Source of the DNA: Nitrosopumilus sp.
Lineage (GTDB): Archaea; Thermoproteota; Nitrososphaeria; Nitrososphaerales; Nitrosopumilaceae
Length of the DNA stretch: 64,000 nt
Reading direction: 5' to 3'
Assembly: GCA_965203315.1 (NCBI GenBank)
Contig: OZ241857.1
Location: 544,001-608,000, forward strand
Both the position numbers and the translations under genes were made by a program. Below are positions 60,484 to 64,000 of the stretch, in pieces. The notes beneath the pieces are model-generated. The model worked only from the letters and a program-made list of their open reading frames with translations. It was not told the DNA's origin and ran no database searches. How positions within the stretch are numbered: the first letter of the stretch is position 1; each line of letters opens with the position of its first letter.

Positions 60484-61530
60484 TTATGCAACGATCTCTC
60501 TTTTTATGAATGCCAAAAGATCGAGCGTATGTCGTGTCTTTTTTAGATAGTCACGCACAGCAGCTTCCATCTCTTCAACTGTCTCATAGTATACTCCAAC
60601 TTTGATCTCTCGTTTGAGCTGATGCCAATACTCTTCGATTGGATTGAACTCGGGTATTGCTCTTGGCAGATAGACGAGTTTGATATCCTTGCCCTTGATG
60701 AACTCTTCAACATCTTCTCCTTTGTGCGTCTTGGGACCATCGAGCAGCAGTATCACTTTTTTGAAGCGTTTGTACAGGTTTTTCAGAAACTCCAAGAAAC
60801 AGGCCTTGTTTGTACTCTCTACTATCTCAAAGTATTGCACTCTACCTTGACCTATTGCCCCCATTACGATCACTTTATCACGTGACCCCTTTGAGGTAGC
60901 ATATACAGGCCTGCCTATTTTGGTCCAGAATTTAGCACCGTTCTTGGTTTCTAACGTCAAGATTGTCTCGTCCATTGCAAACAGTTTCCAACCTTTCTTC
61001 TTGAGATGTCCATACATGGACAGTACCCTTTTACGGAATGCTTTGATCTCTGGAGGTTTAGCTCGATTTCTGTATGCCGTTTGTGAACGTTTCCTTGACC
61101 ACCCTAACTTTTTCATCCTCTTTCTTATCGTATCAAAGTGTTGTTTCACACCCGTCTCGTCTAAAAGTAACTTGTACATGTCTCTAGGTGTTGTTCTTTC
61201 TTGAGTGTCTAGTATTTGCTCATATGTTTCGTCAGGTATCTTGGGTTTTCTTCCACGACCACCCTTGTCTTCCAGCCCAAAAAGAGCCTTTTCGCTAAAC
61301 AGATTGAGCCAATTGTATACTGTACGTTCTGTTACTCCAACAGATTTTGCAGCAAGTGCTACTGTACAGCCATCGACTATGATCATCTTGAGAGCTATGA
61401 CTTTGTGTCGTATGTGTTGGTGTTTTCTTTTCTTAAGACCCTTCTTGAGTATTTTTCTCTGTGATCCAGACCATCGTCTGGGCGATTTAGATGTCTTTGA
61501 AGTATTGACAGATCTCTTTTTTGATGCCAT
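60484..61530 (-). CDS. IS630 transposase
   Basis: MDET, LLLDG..H and LPRAIPEFNPIEEYW. Confidence 0.93.
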   Translation of the reverse strand: MASKKRSVNTSKTSKSPRRWSGSQRKILKKGLKKRKHQHIRHKVIALKMIIVDGCTVALAAKSVGVTERTVYNWLNLFSEKALFGLEDKGGRGRKPKIPDETYEQILDTQERTTPRDMYKLLLDETGVKQHFDTIRKRMKKLGWSRKRSQTAYRNRAKPPEIKAFRKRVLSMYGHLKKKGWKLFAMDETILTLETKNGAKFWTKIGRPVYATSKGSRDKVIVMGAIGQGRVQYFEIVESTNKACFLEFLKNLYKRFKKVILLLDGPKTHKGEDVEEFIKGKDIKLVYLPRAIPEFNPIEEYWHQLKREIKVGVYYETVEEMEAAVRDYLKKTRHTLDLLAFIKREIVA

Positions 61531-62433
61531 TGTAATGTCTAGAACACATTAATTCATAACTTATGATGTCAAAAATAGTTGATACTGAAATTAATTTATC
61601 TTGTCACTATAGATATATCTAAAACTTTTACTTCCTGTTGTGAATGAATTTTATGTTTATTTAAGATTTCTAGAATTTTTTTCAGATGCATTATTTTGGG
61701 TCTTAGCTTTTGAACTACCTTTTATCTTGTAACGTATTATAGTATCTAGTAAGGATTCTAACGAAAAACTAGCTTTAGTTTGATCTAGCTTATTTAATTC
61801 AAAACTAGACATCGTTTTCAAAAGTAGTTGACTTTTTCCGCCATTGAAAAGCAAGTTTATTATTCCTCTAGCCATAATATCATCATGTGTGATGCATTTT
61901 TAAACTATGTTATATTTATCAGTCTTTTTCTCCCACTTGTCAATATGTAGTAAGTTGGATAATTCTATGTCTTTTGAATCAATGGTAAATTTTAAAATCC
62001 TTTCAAGAGTCTCCTTCGATAATCCCATCAATGCCAAAATACACAGCAATCCATGCTCTTTTTGAACATACTCGACAAAGACTTTATATTGAACATGCTG
62101 CATCTTTTCTTGAATTTGATTATGCATATCAATCAGTAAGGATGAAATATTTTTTATATATTCTTCAAAGTTTGCATCAAAATTAGCCATATTGAGAAAA
62201 TACGTGTTCTTTTCCAAGATCGTCTGTGCTTTTCTATCGTTGGCGTCCATGTTTGCAATATCCTACTTTTGGTTGTTTAAACCTTACACTATACGCAAAG
62301 CGATCATCCATGTGAAATGTGTGATATAAATCACGAATCTATGGCTCGATAAACTGCGTTATAATGGGGCAAAGTTCTTGTCATGCATTTGATGATCTAA
62401 ATCAAATAGTACAAGATCGTATGTTATATCACA

Positions 62434-64000
62434 TCATCCCAAAAAGTCATCCACTAGACCATTGATGATATCAAAGAATACTTCCCATCCTGCAAGTATC
62501 ACAAACGATATGCTCGTACATATTCCGACAGGCAGAGTAGCAATTAACGATGAATACGCAACACGCGATACGATAACACCTGCACATACAGACATTATCA
62601 TAACAGCTGGTTTCAATGCATATAGTACACCAGAATAGTCGGGTCTCTCAAATAGCTTCATAGACTCGGCGTTGATACCTGATATGTGGCTGATATCAGG
62701 TATGTTGCTAGTAAATGATATCAACATGCTAGATAGACCAAGCATCGTAACAAAGAATATTGGAGATGCAGCAAATAACAACACAGAGGACATCTTGAGA
62801 GCATCATCAGCACTGTTCTTGATCTCGTTGAGTTTTACAGAGAAACGGTATATTCGCTCTAGTGAAGATATACTCTTTTTGTGTCCACCATCAAATACGG
62901 TCTCTAGTATGAACAATAACATTTGTAGCCTACGAGAGTTTAACGTATCATCATAGAACATTGGTTGTTGTACATCAGACACTACATACTGTCGTGTTCG
63001 TATCGTATTTACGATATCTGCGAATCTGCCATACTTGGCCTGGTTTGTACCGTGTACAACCTTTGATATACTAACAATAAAGTTGGCATCAACTTTGATA
63101 CGTTCTATTAGATCACGAATAAATACCGGAAACCCGTCTGCTGCACTACGCCAACGTGCAATCTGATTCGACACCAGCAGACCGTTCCAGATACACGGTA
63201 TTGCAACTGCAAGTGATACAGCACTTGGTGCATCGTTGTATGTACCATACCATATAATTCCAGGAATTACACCTAGTATAGATAACTTTGTACTGTACAG
63301 TTTAACATCAGATATACTCGAACTAGATACAAACACGTATAGTGTAAATATTATCGGTATTGCAAATATTGTAACCATAATGTATTGTATTGTAATACTA
63401 GATGTCTCGATGAACATCATCACTAGTAGCATTACAGGCGCCATTATCATCGCCATTGCCCCTAGCATGAATACATTAGAGAATTTACCGACTCGTCTCT
63501 CATCTCGTTCCGTAATCTTTACAAACTCTGAATCAGCTGCATTACTTACATAATCATTCAATCCAGAAGGATTTGACTTTGATATCTCGTAATAAGAGTA
63601 CAAGAATAGTTGAAATGTCTTGTGTACATGTTTTGTAGCAAGACGATTTATTGCCATGCTTTCTGTATACCCATCTAATTTGATCCATTTCTTGAGCATT
63701 GCTGTATCCTTTTCTATTGCATGTATGATACCCTTACCTGCTATTCTCATCATACTATCAAAGAGACCAAATCCCGACATTGTAGATATCTGTAAATATG
63801 CCAAAAAGTATGCTAGTTCAGAGTCATACTTTGATGATACGTCTGAACTATTCAGGACATTTGATAGATATGGATATGCTCGAACTAGTACAGGTATAGC
63901 AAACGATATCAGGAATAACGGCTCTGTAAACAGTACAACTCCCATAACAGATATTGTACCAGCAATAAACAACGCAATGATAAATGCGAGTACTATCTGT
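62434..64000 (-). CDS. TadC/FlaJ-like type IV pilus platform membrane protein (5' end outside the window)
   Basis: Two T2SSF-like units (SELAYFLAYL...SGFGL; GFPVFIRDL), each followed by TM segments; frame stays open to the window edge. Confidence 0.72.
   Translation of the reverse strand, partial: QIVLAFIIALFIAGTISVMGVVLFTEPLFLISFAIPVLVRAYPYLSNVLNSSDVSSKYDSELAYFLAYLQISTMSGFGLFDSMMRIAGKGIIHAIEKDTAMLKKWIKLDGYTESMAINRLATKHVHKTFQLFLYSYYEISKSNPSGLNDYVSNAADSEFVKITERDERRVGKFSNVFMLGAMAMIMAPVMLLVMMFIETSSITIQYIMVTIFAIPIIFTLYVFVSSSSISDVKLYSTKLSILGVIPGIIWYGTYNDAPSAVSLAVAIPCIWNGLLVSNQIARWRSAADGFPVFIRDLIERIKVDANFIVSISKVVHGTNQAKYGRFADIVNTIRTRQYVVSDVQQPMFYDDTLNSRRLQMLLFILETVFDGGHKKSISSLERIYRFSVKLNEIKNSADDALKMSSVLLFAASPIFFVTMLGLSSMLISFTSNIPDISHISGINAESMKLFERPDYSGVLYALKPAVMIMSVCAGVIVSRVAYSSLIATLPVGICTSISFVILAGWEVFFDIINGLVDDFLG

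Larger units (their letters stand above)
60156..61609 (-). mobile_element. IS630-family element
   Basis: TIR TAGTGACA.GA..AATTAATTTCA; TA duplication at 60154-55 and 61610-11. Confidence 0.92.
59849..62250 (-). pseudogene. DpnII-like restriction endonuclease, IS630-interrupted and frameshifted
   Basis: C-terminal DFAIP...IEVSY...FIDGAGW. Removing the IS gives KILEILNKHK...LDISRKMDFAIP. Further frame breaks near 61680 and 61900. Confidence 0.8.

Overview
AT-rich archaeal DNA, most consistent with Nitrosopumilaceae (Nitrososphaerota): it carries a proteasome alpha subunit, a CdvB/ESCRT-III paralog, a SPOUT methyltransferase, DUF371 and the 'IPxWIK...W..G.I.D.EF..AIQYLI' motif. A host-associated lifestyle is only an inference from the heavy load of IS elements, restriction-modification (R-M) genes and giant surface proteins. 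Short core-gene blocks (about 4-8.4 kb and 15-19.5 kb) sit in accessory DNA. That DNA holds seven IS elements (ISH3/IS4-like, IS481, two IS6, ISL2-like, IS903-like, IS630), three MITE families that nest in one another, and five R-M loci, two of them decayed. It also holds an IS-split ATPase/TOPRIM-like pair, three paralogous modular secreted proteins, a triple-domain solute-binding protein, and a type IV pilus-like gene set interleaved with R-M cassettes. Main leads: (1) a candidate secreted toxin/membrane immunity pair followed by a duplicated cassette in which the toxin is cut to an in-frame 56-aa stub still coupled to a divergent orphan immunity gene; (2) G11 tracts between TATA box and start codon of two surface-protein paralogs, suggesting phase variation; (3) R-M cassettes stacked behind duplicated 3' ends of one pilus-locus gene; (4) an IS630 carrying a convergent stand-alone copy of its own HTH domain. 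All family assignments are from motif recognition by eye; no searches were run.
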